A stretch of 64,000 nucleotides of DNA from Chloroflexota bacterium (GCA_018263575.1 JAANWX010000004.1:39464-103463), one strand, 5' to 3'. Positions 26,404-35,538 are shown, numbered from the stretch's first letter. The notes: generated by a model from the letters alone, not told the origin. Translations and numbers: made by a program.

Positions 26404-27720
26404 TTAGTGTTTTTTGCGGACTTGGAGGTGGATCCCGTGTACGGCGACGACTTCTATTTGCTCTTTGGGGGGGATTGTGTTTTCTCCGGGGGCGAGTTTG
26501 GCGCTCCAGAGTTCCCCCTCCACTTGCGCCTGGCCACCTTTCCCCCGGGCGATCCTGCTGCGGGCCAGACCCACGCTCCCGACCAGTGACTCACTCCCGG
26601 TCTGGATGGGCGTGCTCCTGGCGCGGAGGGCGAAGGCCATGACGATGGCGAATATTCCCCCTGTGACCAAGGAGCTGATGACGACTAACCACACCGAGAC
26701 GCGCTGAAATTGGGGTGTGCCTGGGGAGTTGAAGAGGACGAGTGTGCCGGTGATTAGTGAGCCTATTCCGGCCGCTGTGAGGGCGCCGTGGGTGGGGGCT
26801 TTTATGTCTAGGATAAAGAGCACAAAGGAGATGATTAGGAAGACGATTCCAAACCAATTTACAGGGAGTACGCCGAGGCCGTAGGAGGCTAGGGCCAGGC
26901 AAACTGCGCCGACGAAGCCGGGCACCCAGGCCCCTGGAGTGCTGAGTTCGATGAGGATGGCTTGGACGCCGATGGTGATGAGCAGGAAGACGATGTTAGG
27001 GTTGGTGAGGGCCTGGAGAAGTTGCTCGATGAGGGTGAGATTGAGGTGTTTGTAGGCCGCGTTTGCGGTGTTGAGGGTTTGTTCCCCTTTGGCGGTCTCT
27101 ACGGTTTGGCCGTCTATTTTTTGGAGCAGGTCAGGGATGTCTTGGGCGATGAAGTCTATGAGGCCAACTTGGAGGGCTTCTTGGGCGGAGGCTGCCTTGG
27201 CAGATTCTACGGTTTCTTCGGCGAAGGCGATGGCTTCTTGACCACGGTGGCTGGCCAAGGAGCGGATTTGGGCCTTGATGATTTCTTTGGCCTTGGTTTG
27301 GATGGTTTCTCCTAAGTCTTCTCCCTGTGAGCCGACCGGGCTGGCGGCTCCGATGGCCGTGCTAGGGGCCATGGCGGCTAAGTGCCCGGCCAGGGTTATC
27401 ACTGTTCCCGCGCTCCCGGCGATGGCTCCCTGAGGGGCAACGTAGATGACCACGGGGATAGCGCTGCCTCGGATGACTTCGACGATGTTTTGCATGTGTT
27501 CTATGCTTCCTCCCGGTGTGTTGAGCTGGATGATGATGGCTTGGTGGACGTCTCTTTGGGCAATTTTTATGCCCCGGGAGAGGTACTCGGTCATGGAGGG
27601 GGTAATTGGCCCATCTAGTGTGAGCACCAGTACGGAGCCATTCTCTTGGGCGTGAGCTGGCGCGGCAAGCAGGAGGGCTATGAGTAGCAGATAGAGCGGA
27701 GGGAGGAGGTGTTTTTTCAT
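26404..27720 (-). CDS. nfeD: NfeD family membrane-bound ClpP-class serine protease
   Basis: Signal peptide from ATG 27720, a ClpP/S49-like domain (LNTPGGS, AGSAGT), 4-5 TM, and a C-terminal NfeD OB-fold (VEGELWSA). The stop lies 6 nt before the rdhA-like ATG. Confidence 0.85.
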   Translation of the reverse strand: MKKHLLPPLYLLLIALLLAAPAHAQENGSVLVLTLDGPITPSMTEYLSRGIKIAQRDVHQAIIIQLNTPGGSIEHMQNIVEVIRGSAIPVVIYVAPQGAIAGSAGTVITLAGHLAAMAPSTAIGAASPVGSQGEDLGETIQTKAKEIIKAQIRSLASHRGQEAIAFAEETVESAKAASAQEALQVGLIDFIAQDIPDLLQKIDGQTVETAKGEQTLNTANAAYKHLNLTLIEQLLQALTNPNIVFLLITIGVQAILIELSTPGAWVPGFVGAVCLALASYGLGVLPVNWFGIVFLIISFVLFILDIKAPTHGALTAAGIGSLITGTLVLFNSPGTPQFQRVSVWLVVISSLVTGGIFAIVMAFALRARSTPIQTGSESLVGSVGLARSRIARGKGGQAQVEGELWSAKLAPGENTIPPKEQIEVVAVHGIHLQVRKKH

Positions 27721-27730
27721 AGTGAGGATG

Positions 27731-27790
27731 TGATACCTGACACATGATACCTGACACGTGATACCTGACACGTGATACTTGATACGTGAA
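27731..27790. repeat. 14-bp tandem repeat (GATACCTGACACGT, about 4 copies)
   Basis: Read directly. On the coding (minus) strand it reads GTATCACGTGTCAG, three copies plus degenerate ones, immediately 5' of the nfeD start. Confidence 0.85.
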
Positions 27791-28041
27791 GATATTATAT
27801 CTGGTTTTTGGAAAGAAGGGTGTTGATTTTTAGAATATCCCCAAATGCGATTGTCCTGTAAAAAGACGCTGAAAACAGTTGACGAGAATTTAGATGTATG
27901 GTAAAGTTACTAATTGTAGCAAGTATAGATATTGACTTGTTGCAGTAGCAGAACGTTTGTTTCTTGTACAAAATTTTTTGTGTGAAACGGGGGGGAACGC
28001 TTTGCTGAATTGTTTTCGTGTTAGTTATGAAGGAGTATGAT

Positions 28042-28299
28042 ATGGCAGAGCGTGAAACCGGAACAGTTAAGTGGTTCAGCGCAGGAAAAGGATATGGTTT
28101 TATTGAGCGTGACAATGGCGAAGGCGACGTCTTCGTTCATTATAGCGCAATTAAAACCAGCGGCTTCAAAACCTTAGATGAAGGTGAACGAGTCGAGTTT
28201 GATGTTGTTGATAGTGACAAAGGCCCTCAGGCCCAGGACGTTTCGTCCATGAGCGGAGGCAGCGATGACACTTTTGGCGATGAGGACAGCCTTTTCTAA
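28042..28299 (+). CDS. cspA: Cold-shock protein (CspA family) with acidic C-terminal tail
   Basis: RNP1 KGYGFI and RNP2 VFVHYS. GAAGGAG RBS. 85 aa, against about 67 typical. Confidence 0.9.
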   Translation: MAERETGTVKWFSAGKGYGFIERDNGEGDVFVHYSAIKTSGFKTLDEGERVEFDVVDSDKGPQAQDVSSMSGGSDDTFGDEDSLF

Positions 28300-28328
28300 T
28301 TACGTTGACGTAGTTTGAAACGAAAAGG

Positions 28329-28354
28329 GCAGCTTTTTTTAAGCTGCTCTTTTT
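28329..28354 (+). terminator. Intrinsic terminator after csp
   Basis: GCAGCTT-TTTTT-AAGCTGC followed by TCTTTTT. Confidence 0.6.
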
Positions 28355-28374
28355 GATTTAACGAGGAAGGTGGC

Positions 28375-28794
28375 ATGATTTGGCATAAAGATACGCTAAC
28401 TCTTCGGACGCAGGGGAAAGGGCTTTATCCATTTACACGTAAGCTCAGCGCTCTCGTGCAAGGTTGGGATATTGGAGAAGGTATTTGTCATTTGTATATT
28501 CAACATACGAGTGCCTCTTTGGTGGTCAGCGAGAGTTATGACCCCACAGCCAAAATCGACTTGGAAACTTTTATGGAAAGGCTTGTTCCTGAAAATCAGG
28601 CTTGGCACCAGCATGTATTAGAGGGCAGCGATGATTCCCCGTCGCATATGAGGGCTATGCTTACTCAGACCAGTCTTAGCATACCCATTGACGAGGGGAA
28701 ATTAAGTTTAGGTACTTGGCAAGGGATCTATTTATTCGAGCACCGGTCTCACGGACATGGGCGGCGCGTTTTAGTGCGTTGCCTTCAAGTCTAA
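28375..28794 (+). CDS. yjbQ: YjbQ/UPF0047 family protein (secondary thiamine-phosphate synthase-like)
   Basis: 139 aa. IQHTSASL, SPSHMRAML and GTWQGIYLFEHR motifs. Confidence 0.85.
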   Translation: MIWHKDTLTLRTQGKGLYPFTRKLSALVQGWDIGEGICHLYIQHTSASLVVSESYDPTAKIDLETFMERLVPENQAWHQHVLEGSDDSPSHMRAMLTQTSLSIPIDEGKLSLGTWQGIYLFEHRSHGHGRRVLVRCLQV

Positions 28795-28795
28795 A

Positions 28796-29893
28796 ATGAT
28801 TATGAATATTAAAAACTCCTTACGGTATTGGTTGTTGGTTGCCGCCCTCTTTTTGGTTTCGGTGTTCTCATCCTGTATGCCGCAAACGCCGCGTGTCTTG
28901 GAGCCTCTTCCCTCGACAACGGCAAGTGGCTCGAGCGACGCAGATTGGTATCAGGTGTATTTTTCCGACCCGAATGACCCCTCTTCTACCAGTTATCGAG
29001 GCGGCCCGGATGAAGCCTTGGCGGAAGCGATCGACCAGGCCCGTTTGAAAGTAGATGTCGCTGTCTACGACTTTGATTTATGGAGCCTTCGCGACGCTTT
29101 GGTCGCCGCCCACCAGCGAGGCGTGCCCGTTCGCGTGGTGGTGGAGACGAGCCATCTTGATGAGGAGGAAGTTCAAGACCTGATTGATGTTGGAATCCCA
29201 GTCGTTGATGACCAGAATGACAATGGCCTTATGCATAATAAGTTTGTCGTCATTGATGAGACGCACGTCTGGCTCGGTTCCATGAATCTGACGGTCAATG
29301 GGGCTTATAAAAATGACAATAACCTTCTATCTGTGCGTTCCTCTCGGTTGGCGGAAAATTATACCCAGGAGTTCGAAGAGATGTTTACGGGAGGATTTTT
29401 TGGGAGCCAGGCCGTAGCGGACACACCTCATCCAATGTTAGCTATCAATGGCGTTCAGGTCGAGACGTATTTTTCGCCCGATGATGGCACCTCCCAACGG
29501 ATTGTGGAATTGATCCAGGGCGCAACGGAGAGTGTTTATTTTCTGGCCTTTTCTTTTACTTCCGACCCCTTTGCGGAAGCCATGTTGGAGCGCGCTTATG
29601 AGGGCGTAGAGATTAGGGGGGTTTTTGATGAGTCCCAATATTACTCTAACATTGGCACAGAGTTTGATCGCCTTTATAATGCCGGCCTCGATGTTCGCCT
29701 GGATGGCAACCCGAAATTTATGCATAACAAGGTGATGATCATTGATGAAGCTATCGTGATCACTGGCTCTTATAATTTTAGCGCTAGTGCCGAAGAATCC
29801 AACGATGAAAACACGCTCATCATCCACAATTCAAAGATTGCTTTGGAGTATATGGTCGAATTTGAGCGTATTTATGCTAGCGCTCAGCAGTGA
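28796..29893 (+). CDS. Phospholipase D/Nuc-like protein with two HKD motifs, probable lipoprotein
   Basis: HNKFVVIDETHVWLGSMNLT and HNKVMIIDEAIVITGSYNFS. Signal peptide with VFSSC. Confidence 0.8.
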   Translation: MIMNIKNSLRYWLLVAALFLVSVFSSCMPQTPRVLEPLPSTTASGSSDADWYQVYFSDPNDPSSTSYRGGPDEALAEAIDQARLKVDVAVYDFDLWSLRDALVAAHQRGVPVRVVVETSHLDEEEVQDLIDVGIPVVDDQNDNGLMHNKFVVIDETHVWLGSMNLTVNGAYKNDNNLLSVRSSRLAENYTQEFEEMFTGGFFGSQAVADTPHPMLAINGVQVETYFSPDDGTSQRIVELIQGATESVYFLAFSFTSDPFAEAMLERAYEGVEIRGVFDESQYYSNIGTEFDRLYNAGLDVRLDGNPKFMHNKVMIIDEAIVITGSYNFSASAEESNDENTLIIHNSKIALEYMVEFERIYASAQQ

Positions 29894-29956
29894 AGCGGAT
29901 ATTCGTGTATAATTAAACGAAGAAGAAGATATAACACTGCGCAGGGAGAAAACGAC

Positions 29957-30478
29957 ATGTCGAAACAGTCGTCTACGAAGTCAAAAAAATGGAAAGACCT
30001 TGTTAATGAGTTTCGATCCAAGAGCGATCGAGCTGTCGTTATCTTGGGAGCCGCTTACTTGAAGACACATCTAGGGGGATTGTTAGAAAGTTTTTTCATC
30101 GATGATCCTGAAATATCCGAGATACTTTTAGGCCAGGAAAGCCCGTTGGGGAGTTTTAGCACTCGCGTTAAGGTGGCGTACTCATTAGGCCTGCTTAGTC
30201 CTAATGAATACCGAGACCTCCTCGTTATCCAAGCCATCCATAAGGAATTTGTCGGAGAAATAGAGGAAGTCAAATTCACGAACGATGAGATTCGGGAGCT
30301 TTGTTTTCGTTTAAAAATTCCTCGCGAAGTGCTCTTGCCCGGCGAGACCCTAACGCCGCGCCGCTTATTTGTTTTTGCTACGGCCTTTCTGGCGCAACAG
30401 TTAATGCTGCGAACTTCCCAAGCAGCTCGGGAGAAACGCGCACCTCGAGAGAATATCCTGCTTGTAGATATGAAGTGA
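29957..30478 (+). CDS. MltR(mannitol repressor)/DUF4145-like helical protein
   Basis: SDRAVVILGAAYL...LGSFSTRVKVAYSLGLLSPNEYRDL resembles the MtlR family core. Weak assignment. Confidence 0.4.
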   Translation: MSKQSSTKSKKWKDLVNEFRSKSDRAVVILGAAYLKTHLGGLLESFFIDDPEISEILLGQESPLGSFSTRVKVAYSLGLLSPNEYRDLLVIQAIHKEFVGEIEEVKFTNDEIRELCFRLKIPREVLLPGETLTPRRLFVFATAFLAQQLMLRTSQAAREKRAPRENILLVDMK

Positions 30479-30486
30479 AGAGTGAT

Positions 30487-32847
30487 ATGCCTCTCATTTG
30501 GGTTAGTTTAGGCTTTTTTGCAGGCCTTGTAGCGGCAGATACTCTGACATGGCCTGTTACCACCTGGCTCCTCCTTTCAGGGGGGAGCCTGCTCCTTCTC
30601 TTGGCACGTTTCCTGTTTTTTCGTTGGAGCAGGCATAAACCAAGAAAGAAAAGCTACAGTCTACTTTTTCTGAGCGTGCTGCTTTTTCTCACTTTAGGGG
30701 GGATTCGCTACCGGCTTTCCCAACCCGACCTCACTGATTCAAGCTTCATAGCCTCCTATGCTTCTTCAGAAAACTCCTTTGTTATCGTCGGCGTCGTCTC
30801 AGATTTTCCCGACGTCCGGGATGATTACATCAACTTGCGTGTACAGGTACAAAAACTGCGTCCCTCTGGTGAATTCATTCATACCCCCGTAGAAGGTTTG
30901 CTCTTAGCGAAAGTCCCTCCGGAGAACGACATCCATTATGGAGATCAGGTTGTCCTGCGCGGCCTTTTACAAACACCGCCCACCGATGAAGATTTCTCTT
31001 ATCGCGAGTATCTGGCTCGCCAAAACATATATGCCTATATGCCTCGCTCCACGGTTGCCGTTCTCGAAACCGGGCATGGGAATTTCATGCTGCGCGGCAT
31101 TTACGCTCTCAAAGAAAAATCCCTGGCCACCATCTACCGCCTCTGGCCGGATCCCGAAGCCTCCCTCTTTGCCGGAATCCTGTTGGGCGTCGAAACTGGT
31201 ATCCCCGCTCCCGTGAAAGAAGCTTTCAAGGACACCGGAACCTCTCACATCATTGCCATCTCAGGCTTCAACATCACCATCATTGCCGGGCTATTCTCCG
31301 ATTTCTTCAGCCGTTTCCTAAAACCTCGCCAGGGGGCGGTGGCCGCCGCCGTGGGAATCACCCTCTACACCATCCTGGTCGGGGCCGACGCCGCCGTCCT
31401 CCGGGCCGCGGTAATGGGCGGGTTAACTCTCTTTGCCCAACAAATCGGCCGCCGCCAGTCAGGCCTCAACGCTCTAGCGGCAGCTTCCCTCGGCATGGCC
31501 CTCTTCACCCCGCAACTCCCCTGGGATATTTCCTTTCAGCTTTCCCTGACCGCCACCCTGGGCCTCATCCTCTACGCCGAACCCCTCCAAGATAAATTCG
31601 TCCAATGGGCCTCCCGCTACCTCTCCTCCGACCGCGCCCAACGCCTCTCCGAACCCGTTGGAGAATACGTTCTCTTCACCTTTGCCGCCCAACTGACCAC
31701 CTTGCCCGTCATGCTCTACCACTTCCGCCGCCTCTCTCTGACCACCTTCCTCGCCAACCCCATCATCCTCCCCGTTCAACCTCCCATCATGACCATCGGC
31801 GGCCTGGCGCTCATTCTGGGCTTAATCTGGCTCCCGCTCGGAAAGCTACTAGCCCCACTAATTTGGCCCTTCGTCCTTTTTACCATTCGTGCGGTGGAAT
31901 TTTTTGGGAGATACCAGGGCGGCGTGTTGGTTTTTGGTGAGATCGGGCTCTTGAGCGTTTTCCTATTCTTTGGGCTGCTTTTCTCGTGGACGTTTGGGCG
32001 CGACCGGTTTCGGGACGTGATTTCCACCGTCAAGCCCGCCAGCGTGATCACCGTTTTGGCCGTGGTTACCGTTCTGGTGTGGCGGAGCGTTTTTGTCGCC
32101 CCCGACGGACAACTGCACCTCACCCTCCTCAACACCGGAGATGGCGAAGTTTTCCTCCTCCAAACTCCACAAGGCAGAAAAGTACTCATCAACGGTGGGC
32201 CAAGCACCAGCCTGCTTTCGGATGGGTTGGGGCGCCGTTTCCCGCCTTTTCAGCATCAAGTTGATTTTTTAGTAGTTGCCTCGCCCCAAGAAAACCAAGT
32301 TTCGGCCCTATCCCGCATCCTCGATCTCTATCCCCCTGCTCAAGCCTTATGGGCGGGGGCCCCCAGTCCTTGCCGAGAAGCTGATTACCTGCGTTCCGCC
32401 ATAACCGAACGTGAAATTCCTCTCACCAATCTTGAGCCAGGCCATCACTTAGAAATGGGGCAAGGCGTGCAATTGCGCGTGTTGGCCGTTAGTGAACGGG
32501 GAGCTGTTTTGCTCTTGGAGTGGGAGAACTTTCGAGCCCTTCTTCCCTTCGGCCTCACCGAGGAAATTTTCGAAGACCTTGGCACGGGGCAAGAGATTGG
32601 AAATGTCAACTTGCTCTTGTTAGCCGATAACGGATACGAGCCTAGTAATCCCCCTGGCTGGATCGCTGCTCTCAACCCTCAATTACTATTGCTTGGGGTG
32701 GCCCCTGATAATTCCCAAGGCCTTCCAGACCAGGAGTTGCTGAGTCGTCTAAGTGGGTATTCTCTGCTTCGCACTGATAAACACGGTTGGATAGATATCT
32801 CGACAGATGGGGAGAGTATGTGGGTTACGGTCGAGGAATATGAATGA
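30487..32847 (+). CDS. comEC: DNA internalization competence protein ComEC/Rec2
   Basis: ATG 30487. N-terminal TM plus OB-like region, polytopic Competence domain, and a C-terminal metallo-beta-lactamase-like domain (LTLLNTGDGEVFLLQTPQGRKVLINGG). Confidence 0.85.
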   Translation: MPLIWVSLGFFAGLVAADTLTWPVTTWLLLSGGSLLLLLARFLFFRWSRHKPRKKSYSLLFLSVLLFLTLGGIRYRLSQPDLTDSSFIASYASSENSFVIVGVVSDFPDVRDDYINLRVQVQKLRPSGEFIHTPVEGLLLAKVPPENDIHYGDQVVLRGLLQTPPTDEDFSYREYLARQNIYAYMPRSTVAVLETGHGNFMLRGIYALKEKSLATIYRLWPDPEASLFAGILLGVETGIPAPVKEAFKDTGTSHIIAISGFNITIIAGLFSDFFSRFLKPRQGAVAAAVGITLYTILVGADAAVLRAAVMGGLTLFAQQIGRRQSGLNALAAASLGMALFTPQLPWDISFQLSLTATLGLILYAEPLQDKFVQWASRYLSSDRAQRLSEPVGEYVLFTFAAQLTTLPVMLYHFRRLSLTTFLANPIILPVQPPIMTIGGLALILGLIWLPLGKLLAPLIWPFVLFTIRAVEFFGRYQGGVLVFGEIGLLSVFLFFGLLFSWTFGRDRFRDVISTVKPASVITVLAVVTVLVWRSVFVAPDGQLHLTLLNTGDGEVFLLQTPQGRKVLINGGPSTSLLSDGLGRRFPPFQHQVDFLVVASPQENQVSALSRILDLYPPAQALWAGAPSPCREADYLRSAITEREIPLTNLEPGHHLEMGQGVQLRVLAVSERGAVLLLEWENFRALLPFGLTEEIFEDLGTGQEIGNVNLLLLADNGYEPSNPPGWIAALNPQLLLLGVAPDNSQGLPDQELLSRLSGYSLLRTDKHGWIDISTDGESMWVTVEEYE

Positions 32848-32969
32848 AAGGATGAAAGTGGGGAAATAGGGCTATTGTCGGGCGCTCACAATTGACCACC
32901 TGATGAGCTTCTGATACACTACTTACAAGTTGGTAGAGATTTCACTTAGAACAGGGAACGGTTATTTCT

Positions 32970-34571
32970 ATGTCTCAAGTTCTTTATCGTAAATGGCGAC
33001 CCCAGACCTGGGATGAAGTTGTTGGTCAGGAACATGTGATCACAACTTTAAGGAATGCGGTAAGCGCAGGACGAATTTCGCACGCTTTCTTGTTTTCAGG
33101 GCCGCGAGGGACAGGCAAAACAAGCACCGCGCGTTTATTAGCTAAGGCCGCAAATTGTTTGGACGAGGACTTGTCATCCCGTCCCTGTAACCAGTGTGAT
33201 CATTGCCTTTCGATCAATCGGGGCGATTTCCTGGACCTCATAGAAATTGACGCCGCTTCGAATAACGGTGTCGACGATGTGCGTGCTCTTCGTGACAAAA
33301 TAAATTTTTCACCCAATCGAGGGCGATACAAGGTTTATATCATAGACGAAGTTCACATGCTTTCGACAGAGGCTTTCAATGCTTTGTTGAAGACATTGGA
33401 AGAACCTCCCTCTCATGCTATTTTTGTATTGGCTACCACTGAAGCTCATAAAATCCCAGCCACAGTATCTTCACGTTGCCAGCAGCATGACTTTCGACGA
33501 ATCCCAGTAGATGATATTGTTGAGCATTTGCGCGAAGTAGCTGAACAAGAGGAGCTTAAGGTAGAAAGAGATGCCCTGACCTTGGTAGCCAGACAAGCGA
33601 CTGGGAGTTTACGAGACGCCATTTCTTTGTTGGATCAACTAGCGTCTACAGAAGACACAATCACCCTTCAATTGGCGCGAAGCGTCCTGGGTACAGCAGC
33701 TAGTCAAGCGGTTTTGGATGTAATAGACGCGGTTGTCGGCCAGGATGCAGCCTTGGGTTTGAATGTTCTTCAGGTGGCTTTAGACAGAGGAAGTGACCCC
33801 CGTCAATTTGCTCGCCAGGTTGTAAATTATCTCCGTAGCCTGCTTTTTTTACAAATGGAAAATGTTGACCAATTGGACACTTCCCAAGCAGTACGGGAAA
33901 AAATGGATAAGCACGCGCAAATTCTGTCCACCCAGACCTTATTGAGCGCCATTCGCTCATTCAATGAGGCCGCGATCAGTTCACGAGGTTTTTGGCAGCC
34001 TTCTCTACCGTTAGAACTAGCATTTATTGACGCTTTAGAGAAAGTAAGCCCAGCGGAGCCCCCCCTTCGAGGTGAAAAAAAAACGCTAGGGAGCATTCCC
34101 AATCCTAAGGATCAACCTTCTCTGGTGAATAAGGGGCAGCGTCCCCAAACTAAAGAGGGTCAAAGCCCCCCAAAAAGCTCACAAGAAAACGTAACTCCTT
34201 CTACCTATCAACAATCTGTGCTTGGGGCGAACAGGAATATATTTCAAGAATGGAATCGAATTCTCTCTCTCGTAGAAGAAGAGAAGCCTATTACACAAGG
34301 TATGTTACGTTCATCGAGACCAGTGGGTATCAAAAAAGGAAAGCTAATTTTATGTTTTGATAGTGAATTGACCAAATCAAAGGTGTTGAAGGGCGACCAT
34401 ATAAACATCCTTCAACAAGTAGTAGAACGTGTAATGGGGCAGGCTTTGCCCATTAAATGTACAACCACAAACCATAATCAGGAAGAATTACCCCCTAATG
34501 TGAAACCAGATGGCATGGTAAGTGTCGCGGTTCATGAATTAGGTGGCAAGTATGTTTTAGATAGGGATTGA
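32970..34571 (+). CDS. dnaX: DNA polymerase III subunit tau (candidate gamma via slippage)
   Basis: Walker A GPRGTGKTS, zinc module CNQCDHC, DEVHML, SRCQ. A9 run at 34075-34083. Confidence 0.95.
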   Translation: MSQVLYRKWRPQTWDEVVGQEHVITTLRNAVSAGRISHAFLFSGPRGTGKTSTARLLAKAANCLDEDLSSRPCNQCDHCLSINRGDFLDLIEIDAASNNGVDDVRALRDKINFSPNRGRYKVYIIDEVHMLSTEAFNALLKTLEEPPSHAIFVLATTEAHKIPATVSSRCQQHDFRRIPVDDIVEHLREVAEQEELKVERDALTLVARQATGSLRDAISLLDQLASTEDTITLQLARSVLGTAASQAVLDVIDAVVGQDAALGLNVLQVALDRGSDPRQFARQVVNYLRSLLFLQMENVDQLDTSQAVREKMDKHAQILSTQTLLSAIRSFNEAAISSRGFWQPSLPLELAFIDALEKVSPAEPPLRGEKKTLGSIPNPKDQPSLVNKGQRPQTKEGQSPPKSSQENVTPSTYQQSVLGANRNIFQEWNRILSLVEEEKPITQGMLRSSRPVGIKKGKLILCFDSELTKSKVLKGDHINILQQVVERVMGQALPIKCTTTNHNQEELPPNVKPDGMVSVAVHELGGKYVLDRD

Positions 34572-34596
34572 AGATTTTATAACTTTGGAGGCAAAT

Positions 34597-34920
34597 ATGG
34601 CTAGACGTGGTGGAATGTCGATGGGGGGACAAGGAATGATGCAACAAGTAAAGAAACTCCAACAGGAGATGATGAGAATCCAAGAGGAGTTGGCAGAGGA
34701 AACTGTGACCGCTTCGGCTGGAGGTGGTGTTGTCAAGGCTGAGGTCACTGGCGATCAACGTTGTGTGTCTATAGAGATTGACCCTGCCTTGGTAGAAGAT
34801 GGCGATGTGGAAATGCTGCAAGACTTGGTCTTGGCAGCAGTCAATAATGGGCTAGAGAAGTCCCAGGAATTGGCGGCAGAAAGATTAGGCCCCTTAGCTG
34901 GGGGCAATTTACCCTTTTAA
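34597..34920 (+). CDS. ybaB: Nucleoid-associated protein YbaB/EbfC
   Basis: ATG 34597 after GGAGG. MMQQVKKLQQEMMRIQEEL and the conserved dnaX-ybaB-recR synteny. Confidence 0.9.
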   Translation: MARRGGMSMGGQGMMQQVKKLQQEMMRIQEELAEETVTASAGGGVVKAEVTGDQRCVSIEIDPALVEDGDVEMLQDLVLAAVNNGLEKSQELAAERLGPLAGGNLPF

Positions 34921-34932
34921 CTAGATGGAACT

Positions 34933-35538
34933 ATGATTCCTGAACCTATTAAAAAGCTTATAGATGCCTTCTCGCGTTTGCCTGGGGTGGGGCCAAAGAC
35001 GGCTTCCCGGTTAGTCTTTTTCTTGTTACGAACTTCTGAGGAGACCTTGGCGGAGACCCTGGCTGAGGCTTTACAGAATTTACGGGCTGGCATCGATTAT
35101 TGCCCTACATGTTTTAACATTATGGAAGCTGGGCGATCTCAATGCAATGTGTGCGCTAATCCTGATCGGAAAGAAAGCTTGATTTGTGTTGTTGAAGATC
35201 CAATGGATGTACTGGCCCTTGAAAGAACTTCAGGATTTCAGGGAAAATACCATGTTTTACATGGAGCACTTTCTCCTATTGAGGGTATAGGCCCAGATGA
35301 TTTACATGTCTCCGAATTATTGGCACGAGTGCAGAGTGATGACGTTGGGGAAGTAATCCTGGCAACGAACCCCAATATGGAAGGGGACGCAACAGCAATG
35401 TATTTGCGCCAGCAGCTAAATTCCCATGATGTGCAAGTCACGCGATTAGCGCGAGGTTTGCCCATGGGCGGTGATTTAGAGTATGCGGACCAAAACACGC
35501 TGTTAAGGGCTTTGCTGGGACGGAAAAATATGGATTGA
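34933..35538 (+). CDS. recR: Recombination protein RecR
   Basis: HhH (LPGVGPKTASRL), zinc finger CPTCFNI...CNVC, Toprim VVEDPMDVLALE. Confidence 0.95.
   Translation: MIPEPIKKLIDAFSRLPGVGPKTASRLVFFLLRTSEETLAETLAEALQNLRAGIDYCPTCFNIMEAGRSQCNVCANPDRKESLICVVEDPMDVLALERTSGFQGKYHVLHGALSPIEGIGPDDLHVSELLARVQSDDVGEVILATNPNMEGDATAMYLRQQLNSHDVQVTRLARGLPMGGDLEYADQNTLLRALLGRKNMD

Noticed and set aside
32848-32969. SRP RNA (ffs) upstream of dnaX, as found in Firmicutes
   Set aside because: No GGTCCGGAAGGAAGCAGCC-type domain IV motif is present in the 122-nt spacer.
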